A DNA stretch of 64,000 bases from the human T2T-CHM13v2.0 reference genome, Homo sapiens. The position numbers and the translations under genes were made by a program. Below are positions 16,041-28,917 of the stretch, in pieces (position 1 is the stretch's first letter; the number at the start of each line of letters is the position of its first letter). Where the stretch lies: assembly GCF_009914755.1 (NCBI RefSeq), contig NC_060937.1. One strand, 5' to 3'. Under the pieces are notes generated by a model. That model ran no database searches and was not told the DNA's origin. It was given only the letters and a program-made list of their open reading frames with translations.

Positions 16041-17375
16041 ATAAGTCTTACCTCTGTTATACGGTGGGTGAAAGTTTGATAAAGGAATATGTGAGACAGA
16101 AAAGGCTGAAAAACACCAGTGTGGCTCAGTGCAGTCATTCTGTCCACAAAGGTCTCCATTAAATTACATTAAACAAATAATTAGAAAATTTGGAAGTGTG
16201 CAGAGGGATACCCCCACATGACATTTTAAATTTTATTGCAAGGCCACGTATGTTCGTAGTAAACCATACATACTCCCAATTTTTTTAATGAAAAGATTTG
16301 ACATAATTTTCTCATATTGCAAAATTTAACTCCCATTTAGGAATCAACAAATCTGAGATCTTTTATGTTGAAATGAGAGCAGGAATGGTGGAGCGGTTTT
16401 CAAAATATTTATAAGGAGTCAGCAGTAGACAAAACACATCTAATAAGTTCTCTGGAAAACCATAGTTTTAGTTTGCCATTTGGCTGGCTATGTTTGCATT
16501 CAAAAACTCAGAAAAAATATGTAGCACAGTTTTCAACAGATGAATGCACTTCAGTATCAGTAATTATTAATACTTCAAAGTGTATTTGAATTTGCTTAAG
16601 TTTAGTTAATAAGAAAACTTTCTTCCTTTTTGCTTTTTAGAAAATTAAACATTAACCAGGCATTTTTCTTAACAATCTGCCGTTATGAGCCATACTATGG
16701 ACTTTCGTCTTAACACAGGCAACACTGCCATATCTGTACATGAACAGACCTGACATAGAGTAAGAATAAGCCAATTGCGCAATTTAATGAAATGCTTTGG
16801 AGTTTAGGATTAGATAACACCTGCTTGTTTCCTCGTCTCCCCCAAGTATGACCACAATGGTGAAGAGAAAATGTAAACTTATGTTAGTTAAGAAATTATT
16901 GTATTAATTGTAGATTATTAAGAGATCTCAGATAGATGGTATTTTTAAAATGTTATGTAGAAAATTCTTCCCTTAAAAAAATCCATACCTTGGGCCCAGG
17001 GTGCTCCTATGCCCTTGCTCTGAAAGAGATAGGACACTCCCAGAATACAAAGTCCCAGGAAAATGAGAAAAGGGTGCCAAGGACCATTTGCCATACAGGA
17101 AAATTGGTCAGATCTAAAATTGTTAGGTCATAATACTCAGTCTCTAGTCTGTTGGAAACCAAAATCGCATGGGGGTGGATTGGGCAGAGAAAGATCACAA
17201 AGTTTCCTCTAGGCCGAGGAGAAGATAACAGGAAAGAGAAGGTCTGGTCTAAGAAATAGGACTACATGAGCTGTCATCAGCTTGCAAGGACAAAATTATC
17301 TCACTTGCCATAGACTGGCCAGACCAATGTCTCATGAGGCTACCAAATTTCCAAGCTGTATCAGTTGGAGCTCTA

Positions 17376-17455
17376 TTAGGTTGGTGCAAAAGTAACTGTG
17401 GTTTGTGTCTTTAAAAGTAGTGGCAAAAACCACAACTACTTTTGCACCAATCTAA
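17376..17455. mobile_element. MADE1 (Hsmar1-derived 80-bp MITE), palindromic
   Basis: ttaggttggtgcaaaagtaactgtggtttgtgtctttaaaagtagtggcaaaaaccacaactacttttgcaccaatctaa: two Hsmar1 TIRs head to head, preceded by TA. Confidence 0.95.
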
Positions 17456-17859
17456 GAGATCTTTCTCTTTCTCATTTTCCGATTTCAAACTTGCTCCTGC
17501 TTTGGAAATAATTTCTCATGCTAAACACATACGCAATCATGTCCTAGCTTAGTGTCTTCTCCTTTCTGTGTTGCCTACTTGTTAATATTCAGTTGGATTT
17601 TGAGGATACCTCAGCTATACTGTTGGTCCAAGGATGGCTCAGACCAGTGGGATGTTCTTGGGATTGCATTTCACCAAGGTGCTAAATGTCTGCCTCCAAG
17701 GTAAAATAATGTTAGAGAATGCTGTAGTGTAAATAAATGCACATTACAATTTTTTTCAGATTAATTCATATCAGCCACCATTTAAATTATTAACCAATCT
17801 TGTAAATGAATTGTATACTTTATTTTAAAACAAACCTACAGAGGACCAAGTATAATGGC

Positions 17860-18545
17860 CCAGAGCTGAAGAATGGGATTTGGAGAGTCAGAAAAACATT
17901 GTTTTGAGTCCCGGAGTTGTTACTTAGAGAGCTTTGTGAGTTTACCTTGGAAAAGTCACATAAATCCCAGAGACTTGATTTTCTGATTTGTAACAGCTCA
18001 CACAGTAAGTGATTATAAGGTAGTCCTGAATGTATTTAAAAAGAATGACTATTTTATCCTAAATTATTATTTTTCCACACTATAGAGATGATATAATAGT
18101 TGTAACTAATAATTATTTACCTTTTACTATATTTCAAGGGCTTTTCTAAGTATTTTATAAGCATTTTCTCACTTAATCCTCACAATAACCCTGAGATCAG
18201 TATTATCATTATCCTCATTTTCAAATGAAGAAAGCATGGTAGAAGCAGGTTGAGGAACTTAGCTGAGGCCGCACACTCGGTGGGAGCACTGCTCTATCCA
18301 ACAGCTATTTCCTGAGTCTATGTTATGTGCCAGGCACTGTTGTAGGCCAAAAGATACCACAGTGAATGAAGAGACACAAATGCCTGTTCTCAGAAATGAC
18401 ATCCTGGTGATAATGCTAATCTTATCAGCAACTGAAACTTATTAAACATTTACCAGGAGCTAGGTGCTACAGTAATCTCATATATTTTGTAAACTACTTC
18501 TTTGAGGTAGGTAATTGTTTTTATTCCACTTTACGGGAAAAGTTT
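17860..18545. mobile_element. Cluster of MIR and L2 3'-end relics in mixed orientation
   Basis: MIR core at ~17880-17995 (+). cacttaatcctcacaataaccctgag...cctcattttcaaatgaagaaa at ~18120-18280 (-). L2 tail tgtgccaggcactgttgtagg...acagtgaatgaagagac at ~18300-18400. Confidence 0.65.
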
Positions 18546-21500
18546 TGTTTCTCAGCTGTGTTTGTATAACTACAAATTGCTAACAGTAATATTATGTCTG
18601 CTTTGTTGAATCCATCGGGGGATCTGAAATTAATCGAAATACCGATTTGAATCAGTTTTAGTTCTGATCATTTTTATGACTCCTTCAATAGTGCTAGTAA
18701 ATTAAACAAATGAAGCCCAGACTAACTCACTAGCCACTAAAAATTTTGATTGATAAACACATTCCTGTTTGTTTTTTATTTGTAGTTCAGTCAAATTGGT
18801 GTGGGATGTGGCAGGCTCAGTCCCCAGATCAGTTTTATTGGTTAGGGTTCCTGATATTTAGCACTAATTAATTTTTGTGCATAACTTCTGAGACTTGTGG
18901 AGAATATTAAATAACTTATTTAAGGCCTGACCTGGATGCCTGGCTCACGTCAAGTGCTCAGCATGTAGAGCCGATTACAGATTCACTCCAGGGATGTCCC
19001 GGAGTGCAGGCCATTTGGAAAGGACTCCAGGACATCTGGCCTGCACCCTGAAGCAATGGACACAGGGACTGGAGGAGAACTGAAGACCCTCTGTGGCCAT
19101 GGGGCTCTGTGCAGGAAGACCAGAGATAGGCACTGACAAAGGGAAGTACTTTTGGAAAACAAACCCTGTACAAGGACCAGAAGCAATGAGATGAAGGGAG
19201 ACTCAACACCTGTGCCTCAAAAAGAGGCAGTTGCAATAGAAAGGGGCTTGTGGATAATGAGAATGCAAAATTTCACATTTCGGGGAAAGGGGAACCATGC
19301 AGGAATACACCAAATATTTGAAAATAGGTTCGGAGTTTAGATGGGGCACACACTAATTTGTTTTTTACTCCCCTCCTGCTGCCATGGACCCAGTGTGAGT
19401 CACCTGAGAAAGTGAAATAAGGATTAATTCATTCTACAATTTTCTGTTTTATCACTTGTACCTATTTATGAAATTCAGAAACCAGAAGTGTTCAGAAATA
19501 TGAGTCAATTCCAGTTTGGAAGAAAAAGGAAAACTCGTTGCTTATTTCTTCAAACATAAGTTCTGGGATGGGACCAAACTAGAATTTGGGGCATGATGAA
19601 GTTACCAGAGGTCCACAGAGACAGTGCCTTGTATCTAGCAGAGGCTCAACAAGTATGTGTTGACTTTACAACTTTCTGGATTTGCAAAATGACTTAAAGA
19701 CCACCTAATGACCACTTCATTAGATACCTCAGTCTTTAATCACTGATTGTCCATGCCCTGTCTGAAGCTTAGGTCAGCTTCATTTCCCATGGAAACCTTC
19801 ATTCCATTCAGTTATTCTAATTGTTACAAAGCTCTTGTCTGAGTTGATCTGACATCTGCCATAATTCCAACCACTGTATCTGGTTCTGCTACATTTGATT
19901 TGAATTGGGGTGTTGGTACACAAATGGATCAGAGGACCCCAAATACGTTGCTTACTTGAGAATTTTGTCTTGGGCTCTGTGCACCTCAGAGTCACAAGAG
20001 TGTTATTTCTTCCACATCAATACACTTCTCCTCCAAAAACATCTTACATTTGAACTAAGTGTGCTCCACTTTTAATATTCTAAGAGAGGCATGATTCAAA
20101 CACATGCAAATTCACCCACTCAGCTGAGTGAGTACCGAGGCAAAATGGACAACTTTTAGTTCTTTCAGACATTTTAAACTGTAAAAAAAACCCTGATTTA
20201 CAAAAAACTGAATATTGCTTTTTTTATTTTATTTTGAATATTGCTTTTTAAAGTCTTATTTCATTCAAGTAAATTTAAATGTCTTCAGTGAAAAATGCAG
20301 AAGATACAAAACACAGTAATTTAATTTCAAGTGATTTAAATGATGAGAACAATAAATCAGATATTCAAGTTAAACTGTGATACAACCCATAGAATTTAAT
20401 CCATGAAGGATATGGTATCACCTACAATATCCTATTCAATGCAAAGATGAAGAGTAAACCAAAAAGAAATAGGCACTACCAGAGCATACAATACTAATTT
20501 TACATGTAATTAAAACTAACAATTTCTTTTCATTTATAGAACATACTCTGATGACCTTTGAGGTTGGTGGCAGGATAGGACATTAGCTTATAATTGTGCT
20601 TTGATTTGCAATGAAAAATTGAAATGACTATTCCTTTCCTCTCTATTCGAATTAAAGCATGAAACATTACTGCCCTCTCCTGATATATTTTGGTAGAACA
20701 CCTCCTAGAAGGAATTTTGACCTGAAACCAAATTTTAAAAATCATTCTACCCACTAGAAATGAACATTTTCCTTCACGAATTTATATCAATTTAATTTTA
20801 AAAATAATTATTTCACATGTCTTTTTAAAATTAAAAATGGTGCATTAATCTTTTGAAATCCAGATATAAATTAATGAGCCAGAAAATGTTGGGAAAATAA
20901 TGATGGTTGTTAATATCATGCATTTATATGACATGTTCAAAGAGTACTTAATGGAATTTTTCTCATTTAGTCTCACATCATCTCCAGGAGGAAGTAAATC
21001 ATTATATTTTATTTGTTTAACTTGTTAGGTCTGTTGTTGCAGCTCATAATTGGTTTTTCAAGTGCAAGTTGTAGGCCTTTAATTTGGATGCTTTTGTGAC
21101 TGAGTTATGTTTCTTCATTCTACAATATCAACATAAGACGGTGCCTAAGTATATGTAAACAGATGATGAAGTCTCTTGCAATTTTTCTGATCTCCATCAA
21201 GAACCGAAGGGACAACTGCACATTTTCCAATGAAACGTAATTCATTCAGGGATTTTAACCATTTTATCTTGTCTGTAAAATGAAAAACCAAGATCAAAAG
21301 GTGAGATAAGGCACTGTTTGTATTTAATTATGATTTATGATCCACTTAAGCGTTGACACCTGCTCCGAATCAGAGTTTACTTTTTTATATTTTTGTATCT
21401 AGAAAAGAAAATTACATTTATTCTTTGCTTAAGGACTTGAGGGATTACAGAATGATTGCTTTTACTCTGGTTTATATCCATGGTTGCACAAAGGGAAATC

Positions 21501-23184
21501 CAGATGGGGAATATTTGCTTTGAATTTGTGCAAAAAATTTCCAGGGTTATGTTGATGTTTATTTTTTATTCCACCTTCTGAAAATTTTACATTTTGTAGG
21601 GTCTGCAATCATCCTTGCAGAAGGATGTTTCCAACTGTACATTTGGGTCATTTCATTAATAAGGATCACCTGGATGGTGTAGTGACCAACTCTTAAAGCC
21701 TTGTCCTAATCATACTGCTAAATAAAAACCAATTGGATTTTATATGTCTTTTTTTTTATAAAGCCCTAGAATCTTCTCATGTTAAGGCATCTTATAGCAA
21801 ATTTGGTTAATAACCAAATAGCAAGTTTGTGCTTAATAACCAAAGTCTAGGGCAAAAATCAGTTGACTGTCATTTACCTCATTGTACCCTACAGCTACCA
21901 ACATTCTGTTACTAAAACACAGGGACCTCCCCAGAGGAGGTTCTTCATTTACGGATTCTGTAAATCCATGAATATGCAATGCAAGCCTGTTGTGATCCAA
22001 TCACTCCGTTGGCAGAGTGTATAATGGGGTGAATCAAAGAGAAGTGGCTTTGCATTCAAAGACCCCCTTCAAAGAAATAGCTGTGAAACAAATCTACAAT
22101 GGAGAGAAGCCCCTTGGGGGAGAAATGAAGAGAATTCCTGATAAGAGAGAATCACAGGGAGTTCCTGCTTTGGATTGGGCCATCCAGGAAAGCCTGTGTG
22201 AGTCTGCGAGCCCGTGTTTCATCAGGTCTCATGGGCACTGACTACAAGACACCTAGATGACTTTGATGTGATACATTCCACTCAGAAAACAAAGAAACGT
22301 GGTGCTTTTCTTCAGTTAGAATCTTTCCTTATACTCATTAGAAGAGCTTATTCTATGCATATTTAGATACAGTTTTTAAAAATCATATATCACCTGTAGG
22401 TGAACATAAAAAGAAAAATGTAAATAAAATAAGTTGATTAAGGCAATTCAAAAGTTTTCACATGCTTAGAGTTCAGTCGGGGAGAACGTGGAACAAGAAG
22501 AAGCTGAAAGACCTGGTAGAGGAAAGAATCGAGAAGCCAAGCTTTGGGGAGAGTAAGGAAACAGTGCAGTAGTTGTAGGGACATGCAAATAGGTGTGTTG
22601 TGAAGGAATATCAGTAATGTTACTGGAAATCAGCTGGCAGAACACGAAGGGAAAGGAGGCCAGCGAGGAGGTAACTGGAGGGATCCCATCGCTGAGAAGG
22701 TAGGTGACGATGCGGCCATGGCTGGTGTGCAAGAGAAGGGATACTCCCTTCTCTGAAAGGACAAGAGGAAGAAGTGGAAGCTGACTCAACTAGATTTTTG
22801 ATGGAAGATGAGAAAATCCCAGACTTTCAGTCTGAAGTCTTCTAAACTCTCTAACTGAATAAGAGGCAAAGTCTTCAGCTGAAAATGAGGATGTGTGGGC
22901 AGGAGGTTATAGGAACTTTAGGAATTCAGAAAAGTTATTAAATAATCTTTGCAAAAGAACAGAACTGTTAGCTGACTGGAGAGGCTGTCGTTGTTTTGGA
23001 CAGTGGTACAGAACCGCTGAAGCTTGGGACTTATACAACCAGCCTACTGTGTGCTGTATGGGATAGGCCAGAGACGTATATGTTTGTTTTTACATTTATT
23101 TTTGTCTGAAAGTTTACCCAGCGAAGACCTTAGGAGAAACACCAAGAGAGTCAGAGTAATTGCAAGGAAGTTAATGTAATAAAA

Positions 23185-23425
23185 TGTTGGGCAACACTGC
23201 CGAGCTCTTACGATGTGCCCACCTCTGTTTTAAATTCATTGTATAAATTTACCCATTTGGTCCTTAAAATTGTACAGTGAGGTAGGAACAATTTTACTGG
23301 CATTCCTATTTCACAGGTGAAGAAAGTAAGGCACAAACTGGTTAAATAACTTGTGCAAGGTCATAACCAATAAGTGTTAGAGCCTGGGATCAAAACCTGG
23401 CAGTCAGGATCCAGAGGCTGTGCAG
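23185..23425 (-). mobile_element. MIR SINE
   Basis: gagctcttacgatgtgcccacc...gtgaggtagg...cctatttcacaggtgaagaaagtaaggcaca...ggttaaataacttgtgcaaggtcata...agagcctgggatcaaaacctggcagtc. Confidence 0.85.
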
Positions 23426-24371
23426 AAAACGCCTGTGTGACAATTCTTCTACCTTTAATGCTTCACCCTGTGGTTTCAATTAAATATGATTATAAATTTT
23501 AAAAAAGAGGGGCTGATGGATGGAAAGAAAATGATAAGATCAATGAATTAGAGGATTTGATAAGGTTCTTATTAACCATGTTAGGATTTAGATAGTGAAC
23601 AATGTATGACCAAAAATATAAAAATAATTTTATGAAAGTGGATAGGATAATCAAATTTGTGTCTGTTTAAAAATCCACACTGCCTCTGTGGATAAGGGAT
23701 CAAAGATGAACAAGACTGGAGCACAAGGACTCATGGATTCACCAGGAAAGCCAGTGTCATATTAGGAATTTGACTGTGGCAGTGAAAAGCTATGAACGTG
23801 TAGGAGGGCAATTAAAGAGGAAGAATCAGCAGCACTAACTTAGGTTTGATTGAGAGGAAAAGGAGGCAGGGAACATTCTCAGCTTTCTGGATAGTTCAAC
23901 TGACATTGGAAGTGTCATCAAGATAGAAACAGAAGTTTGAGAAGCATGGGTGAGAAAGTTTCCATATTTATTTGGGGCATTTTGATTTTAAGCAAAAGGC
24001 TATAGAGATGGAGAGGTTTAGTTGGTATTTGGTTATGTAAATATTAAGCCCCACAGAGCAATGTGGGCTACACTTCAGTAAGAAGGAAAGTTATCAGCTT
24101 CTGGGCTGCAGTAGAAGCCATGGAAGGAAATGGGATCAGCAAGGGCACAGGGAGCTGAGGGAAGGGCAGAAGACAGAGAGCTGATGGGCTGAGGAGATGC
24201 AAGAGGCAGGGAAGAAGGCAGAGGAGGGCCAGGGTGCAAGGGCAGGATGGATGCAGAGATGAAGTCATGGGAACAGTGAATGGGAGGCATTTCAAGAATC
24301 AGGGAGTGACCAAGAGCAGCTGAGAGTCACTAAAGACAGAGCTGTAAGTGTCCACTGGATTTATTGATGAG

Positions 24372-24745
24372 TATTTTAGTCCATTCTCACACAGCTATAA
24401 GGAAATACCCAAGACTGGGTAATTTTGAAAGGAGCAAGGTTTAATTGACTCACAGTTCCACATGGTTGGGGAGGCCTCAGGAAACTTAGAATCATGGCGA
24501 CAAGCAAAAGAGAAGCAAAGGCACATCTTACATGGCAGCAGGAGGGAGTGAATGTGTGTCCCTGCAGAAAAAACTACCATTTATAAAACCACCAGATCTC
24601 ATGAGAATTCACTTACTATCATGAGAACAGCATGGTGGAAACCACTCCTGTGATTCAAGTGCTTCCCACCAGGTCCCTCTGTAAACACTTGGGGATTAAA
24701 ATTCAAGAGGAGATTTGAGTGGAGACAGAAAGCCTAATCACATAA
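24372..24745 (-). mobile_element. THE1C/D-like solo LTR (ERVL-MaLR)
   Basis: ttagtccattctcacacagctataaggaaatacccaagactgggtaatt...ggtttaattgactcacagttccacatgg...attcaagaggagatttgagtggagacag. Perfect 5-bp TSD ATGAG (24367-24371, 24746-24750). Confidence 0.92.
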
Positions 24746-25025
24746 ATGAGGAAATCATTAGTAACCTCAATGAGATACACTCTATTAAAGCAAAGGGTGG
24801 ATTGCAGGGGCTGGAGCAGCCACAGGAAGGAGAGGAGGTGGAGAAGGCAAGAACAGACAACCCTTCAAAAAGGCTTGTTTAAGGTAGTGGAGAGAGAGGG
24901 AGCTGTAGCTAGTAGGGTCAAGTGGTTATTTTAAGGTGGGAATGTGAAGAATGTTTAAGCTGTGCTTAGAAAAATCCAGTAGAGAAGAAAAAGCAAAAGA
25001 TACAAGAAAAAACTATTAAGAGAGG

Positions 25026-25440
25026 TGATATAGTTTGGATAGATGTCCCGCTTATATCGCATATTAAATTGTAATCCCCAGTATTGGCAGTGGTGCCTGG
25101 TGGGAGGTGATTGGATCATGGAGGTAGAGTTCTCATGAATGGTTTAGCACCATCTCCTCGTCCTCGCGATTGTGAGTGACTTCTCGCAAGATCTGGCTGT
25201 CTAAAAGTGTGTGACACCTCTCTTTCTCCTTCTTGCTCCTGCTTCTGTGTAACCTGACTGTTCCCTCTTTGCCTTCCATCGTGATTGGAAGCTTCCTGAG
25301 GCTTCACCAAAAGCTGAGCAGACATTGTCACCATACTTCCTGTAAAGCCTGCAGAACCATGAGCCAGTTAAACCTCATTTCTTTATAAATTACCCAGTCT
25401 CAGGTATTCCTTTATAGCAATGCAAGGATGACCTAATTCG
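25026..25440 (+). mobile_element. MSTA-like solo LTR (ERVL-MaLR)
   Basis: tgatatagtttggat...tgggaggtgattggatcatgg...cctgcagaaccatgagcca...ctttataaattacccagtctcaggtattcctttatagca. Perfect TSD AGAGG (25021-25025, 25441-25445). Confidence 0.92.
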
Positions 25441-26039
25441 AGAGGAAAGTCCCTGAAGATAGCAGGAGCGGACAGTGTCCTGAGCACAGATGGAGATCAT
25501 CCCAGGCGGGAACAGACACATCTTTCCTTGCAACGAGGGGAAGACACTGTGTGTGAGCTTCGGTACAAGAGGGTGATCATTGCTGGGGACAGAAAGCAAA
25601 GATGGTCCCCTATGATGACTTGCCTCATCTCTGAGAAGAAGGAAGTGAGGTCATTTGCTGAAAAGAAGTGGATGATAGGAAAGTCAATGGTCTGAGAATA
25701 GAAAAGAGACTTTTCTGTGTGACTGGCACCATTCTATGAATTTCTATTCTCCTTAATAACATGGAAGGCATCATTACTGTGACAGTGGTGCCATGACTTT
25801 GAAGAAGGAAGACTTATGTGACAAGATTATCCTGAATATAGTACTTAATGGAATCAGTGGATTAACTTAATTTTAGCGTTTCTTGAATATTTGTTAGCAA
25901 AGTACCATGTAAATTCTGTTGAGATTTTCTCTTGGAAGTCTTAATGAACTCTGGCTCCAATTTAGGTATCTTCGATAGGTAAAATTGCTTTTCTGTGTCG
26001 TCAGTTTTTTATCCTTAATGATAATGATGATGATGATAA

Positions 26040-26290
26040 CAAAAACAACTAATTTTGATTGAGCCTTTAAATATACCAAGTCTTTTTATAAATACTTCAA
26101 TCCCATTTCACTGTCACAAGCACTCATGAAGTAGGTAGTATTATATCACCTACTTTGCAGATAAAGAAATCAAGGAACATAAGGATTTAGTTATAACTTG
26201 CCTTGGGGCACATAACTAAGGAACGCTGCATTCAGGATTCAAACTCAGTAATGTGGTTCTAATGAGGGTGCTTCTAACCTCTAAACAATA
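26040..26290 (-). mobile_element. MIR SINE
   Basis: catgaagtaggtagtattatatcacctactttgcagataaagaaatcaagg...taacttgccttggggcacataactaag...caggattcaaactcag. Confidence 0.75.
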
Positions 26291-26910
26291 TTTTCTCATG
26301 AACTATGGTGAATTTTGTCTAATTGATGCCCGTGCTTTATAAGTAAAACCAGTCTGATTATTTTAAACATGTCAAATTTTCTGTAACCCCCAGAACCGTA
26401 ACTCATCCCACTGTCCTCAGTCAGAGAATGTACTCACATTCTGAGAAGCAAGGGAACAGGATTATTGTCCTTCCCTCCACTCAAGTTTATTGTCTTATCG
26501 TTCATGGGTTCTCTGTTTTCAGATACACGAGTGGAATGCATTGCACTGTGTCTTTCCACGGCTAACTTTTCTTGCTCCTCTCTATCTCATTGTCTTCTGG
26601 TATTTGAAATCCTGCTCCTTTCCCAGGCAACTCCATCTCCATTTATTCAGCTTCAGAAAGCTTAAGCTTAGGCTCATCCGTGTTTCTTCTCCTCTCACCT
26701 ACACATTGTATTAATTAACCAGGTCTGCTGGCTTGACCTTAGAAACATATCTTCAAGCCATTTTTTTCTCATTCTTTCTGTCCTTGACCATGAGCCAAAG
26801 CCCTCATCGACACTCACATTTTTGGTTTCTGAGAAGAGCATATTATGAAGTGTAAACATTAAGAAAGTCATTTCCCAATATAACTGTTTCCAAGCTTTGT
26901 CTACCACTTG

Positions 26911-27080
26911 TGCTATCATCCAAATGTTGGTGTCCCCTCCTCCCTGCAAATTTGGATGTTGGAACCTAATCTTTAGTGGGATACTACTAGGAGGTGAGGC
27001 CTTTGGGGAGGTGATTAAGTCATGAGGTCAGAACCCTCATGAATAGGATTAGTGCCTTTGTAAAAGACATGTGAGAGAGC
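26911..27080 (+). mobile_element. MLT1A/MSTD-like LTR 5' half
   Basis: tgctat...aatgttggtgtcccc...ggaggtgaggcctttggggaggtgattaagtcatgagg...ccctcatgaataggattagtgcctttgtaaaaga. Confidence 0.75.
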
Positions 27081-27086
27081 GTGTGG

Positions 27087-27463
27087 TGCATAGTTTCCTA
27101 GGACTGCCATAACAAAGTACCACAGCTGGGGTGGCTTACACAACAGAAAGTTATTTTCTCATTTCTGGTGTCTTGAAGTCCAAGATCAAGATTTTAGCAG
27201 GGTTGATTCCTCTGAAGTCTTTCTTCTTGGCTTGTAGGGGGCCGTCTTCTCCCCATGTCTGCTCATGGTCTTCCCTCTGTGTGCAACTTAATCTCTTCTC
27301 CTTATAGGAACACCAGTCATATTGATTTTAGGCCTACTGTAATGATTTCATTTAAACGTCCTCTTCGAAGGCCCCACTCCAAACACAGTCACATTCTGAA
27401 ATACAGGGAGTTAGGACTTTAACATATGAATATGAGGCAGGGGACACAATTGACCCCTTAACA
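27087..27463 (-). mobile_element. MLT1B-like solo LTR
   Basis: tagtttcctaggactgccataacaaagtaccacag...caacagaaagttattttctc...gaagtccaagatcaag...ctccaaacacagtcacattctga...gttaggactttaacatatgaat...cccttaaca. Confidence 0.88.
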
Positions 27464-27624
27464 ACTGACTTTCACTCGTGCCACATTAGAGTCTTTTCTC
27501 AACACTGTAAATCTCATCATATTATCCCAATGCCTTTGCCTTATGCTTGGAATAAAATCTGGGCTCGTTGCTGTGGTTTTCATAGCCAAATACACTGCCT
27601 TATTTCAGGTGTGAGAAGGCTATG

Positions 27625-27870
27625 GTGACCAGTTAAGCACTCAGTCTCTGGAGTTCCATTGCCTGAGCTCAGATTCTAACTCCACTTTAGTGACATGACC
27701 TCGGTGAAAATTACTTAATTTACTTAAACCTCAGTTTCATCATCTATAAATAAGGATAGTTTGATAGTAGAATGTTTAGGGTTCTGGATAAAATGTGGTA
27801 GTCCAGATAAAGATTTCATGGAATCCTTGGTCCTTATGAAGATCCTATAAATGTTGGCAATTCATGATTT
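27625..27870 (+). mobile_element. MIR SINE
   Basis: ctctggagttccattgcctgagctcagattctaactccact...tgacctcgg...ttacttaa...aaacctcagtttcatcatctataaataaggata. Confidence 0.75.
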
Positions 27871-28617
27871 TCTTATATTCATTCACCTCTTTCCTGAGAT
27901 TGTGCAAGAACTCCTAGACCACCAGTCTCCGAACTCTTACCATTTTAAACTTTCTTACACTCTTGCTACACTGTGTTCCTAGATTTATCTCTCTATAACC
28001 TGATCTTATCTCGCCAAAAACTCCAAAAGAGCTGCAATCTGTTTGACATAAATGTTATGTCCCTATTCCAAGAATTAAAGAGCTGAAAATTTGGCCAAAA
28101 ACTACACATCCATCTTTTTCTCCCAATAACTCTACCAATCTTAGAATCCTTAACTTCAACTGATGATATTGCCATAGTCATGGCACACACCCTGCACCTT
28201 CCAAATGCACAGATTTTCTTAGTCTTTGCTTATGAACCTATTCTTTCTTCAAAACTTTACTTTTCTAGTCATCCTCCATCCAGAGTCTCTCTTCACTATA
28301 TTCCTTGAGCACCTTATGTGATCTTCTCCTGATAGTGCTTACCATCAGTATGTTTCACTTTATAACAGTGAAACATAATCTTAGGATACAACTCAAGGGT
28401 GTAAAAAACAAGACATATTAATTTTATTTTAATTTCCATATTGTTAGAGTGTATGTTCAAGTTTTAAAATGTAAGCATGCCAAAAGGTAAAAGTCCTGTA
28501 CCTTACCTGCTTCGTAAGAACCACCATAAACTCTGAAAAGTTTCTTCTGATGTTTATATTACATTTTTATACTCTTTATTCTCCTATTTCTGTATTTATA
28601 AATTTGATGCATCACTG

Positions 28618-28917
28618 TTATTATTATTATCATTACTAGAGTCAGAATCTTGCTGTGTAACCCAGGCTAGAGTGCAGTGGTGTGATCATAGTGCACTGTA
28701 GCCTTGAACTCTTGGGCTTAAGGGATCTTCCTGCCTTAGCCTCCTGAATCTTTGGGCTATAGTCGTGCACCACCAAGCCCAGCTAATTTGTTGTTATTGT
28801 AGAAAAGATGTCTTGCTATGTTGCCCAGGCTGGTCTCAAATTCCTGGCCTCAAGTGATTCTTTTGCCTCATCGTCCCAAAGTGCTGGGATTGCAGTCATG
28901 AACCACTGCACCTGTCC
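28618..28917 (-). mobile_element. AluJ-type SINE
   Basis: (TTA)n tail; cccaggctagagtgcagtggtgtgatcatagtgcactgtagccttgaactcttgggcttaag...tcttgctatgttgcccaggctggtctcaaattcctggcctcaagtga. Confidence 0.93.

Larger units (their letters stand above)
22450..25710 (-). mobile_element. Fragmented LINE-2 relics (purine-rich strand), interrupted by MIR, THE1 and MSTA
   Basis: gtgtccactggatttattgatgag|gaaatcattagtaacctcaatgaga is the reverse of the L2 RT segment and is contiguous across the THE1 insertion. Further L2-like blocks lie at 22450-23150, 23640-24370 and 25445-25710. Confidence 0.6.

Noticed and set aside
16045-16115. Isolated strong splice donors (minus 16050 and 28505; plus 39715)
   Set aside because: They have no convincing paired acceptor or plausible exon size, and such matches are expected by chance in 64 kb.
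25458-25482. REST/RE1-like half site (cggacagtgtcc)
   Set aside because: The left half (TTCAGCACC) is absent and the site lies in an L2 relic.
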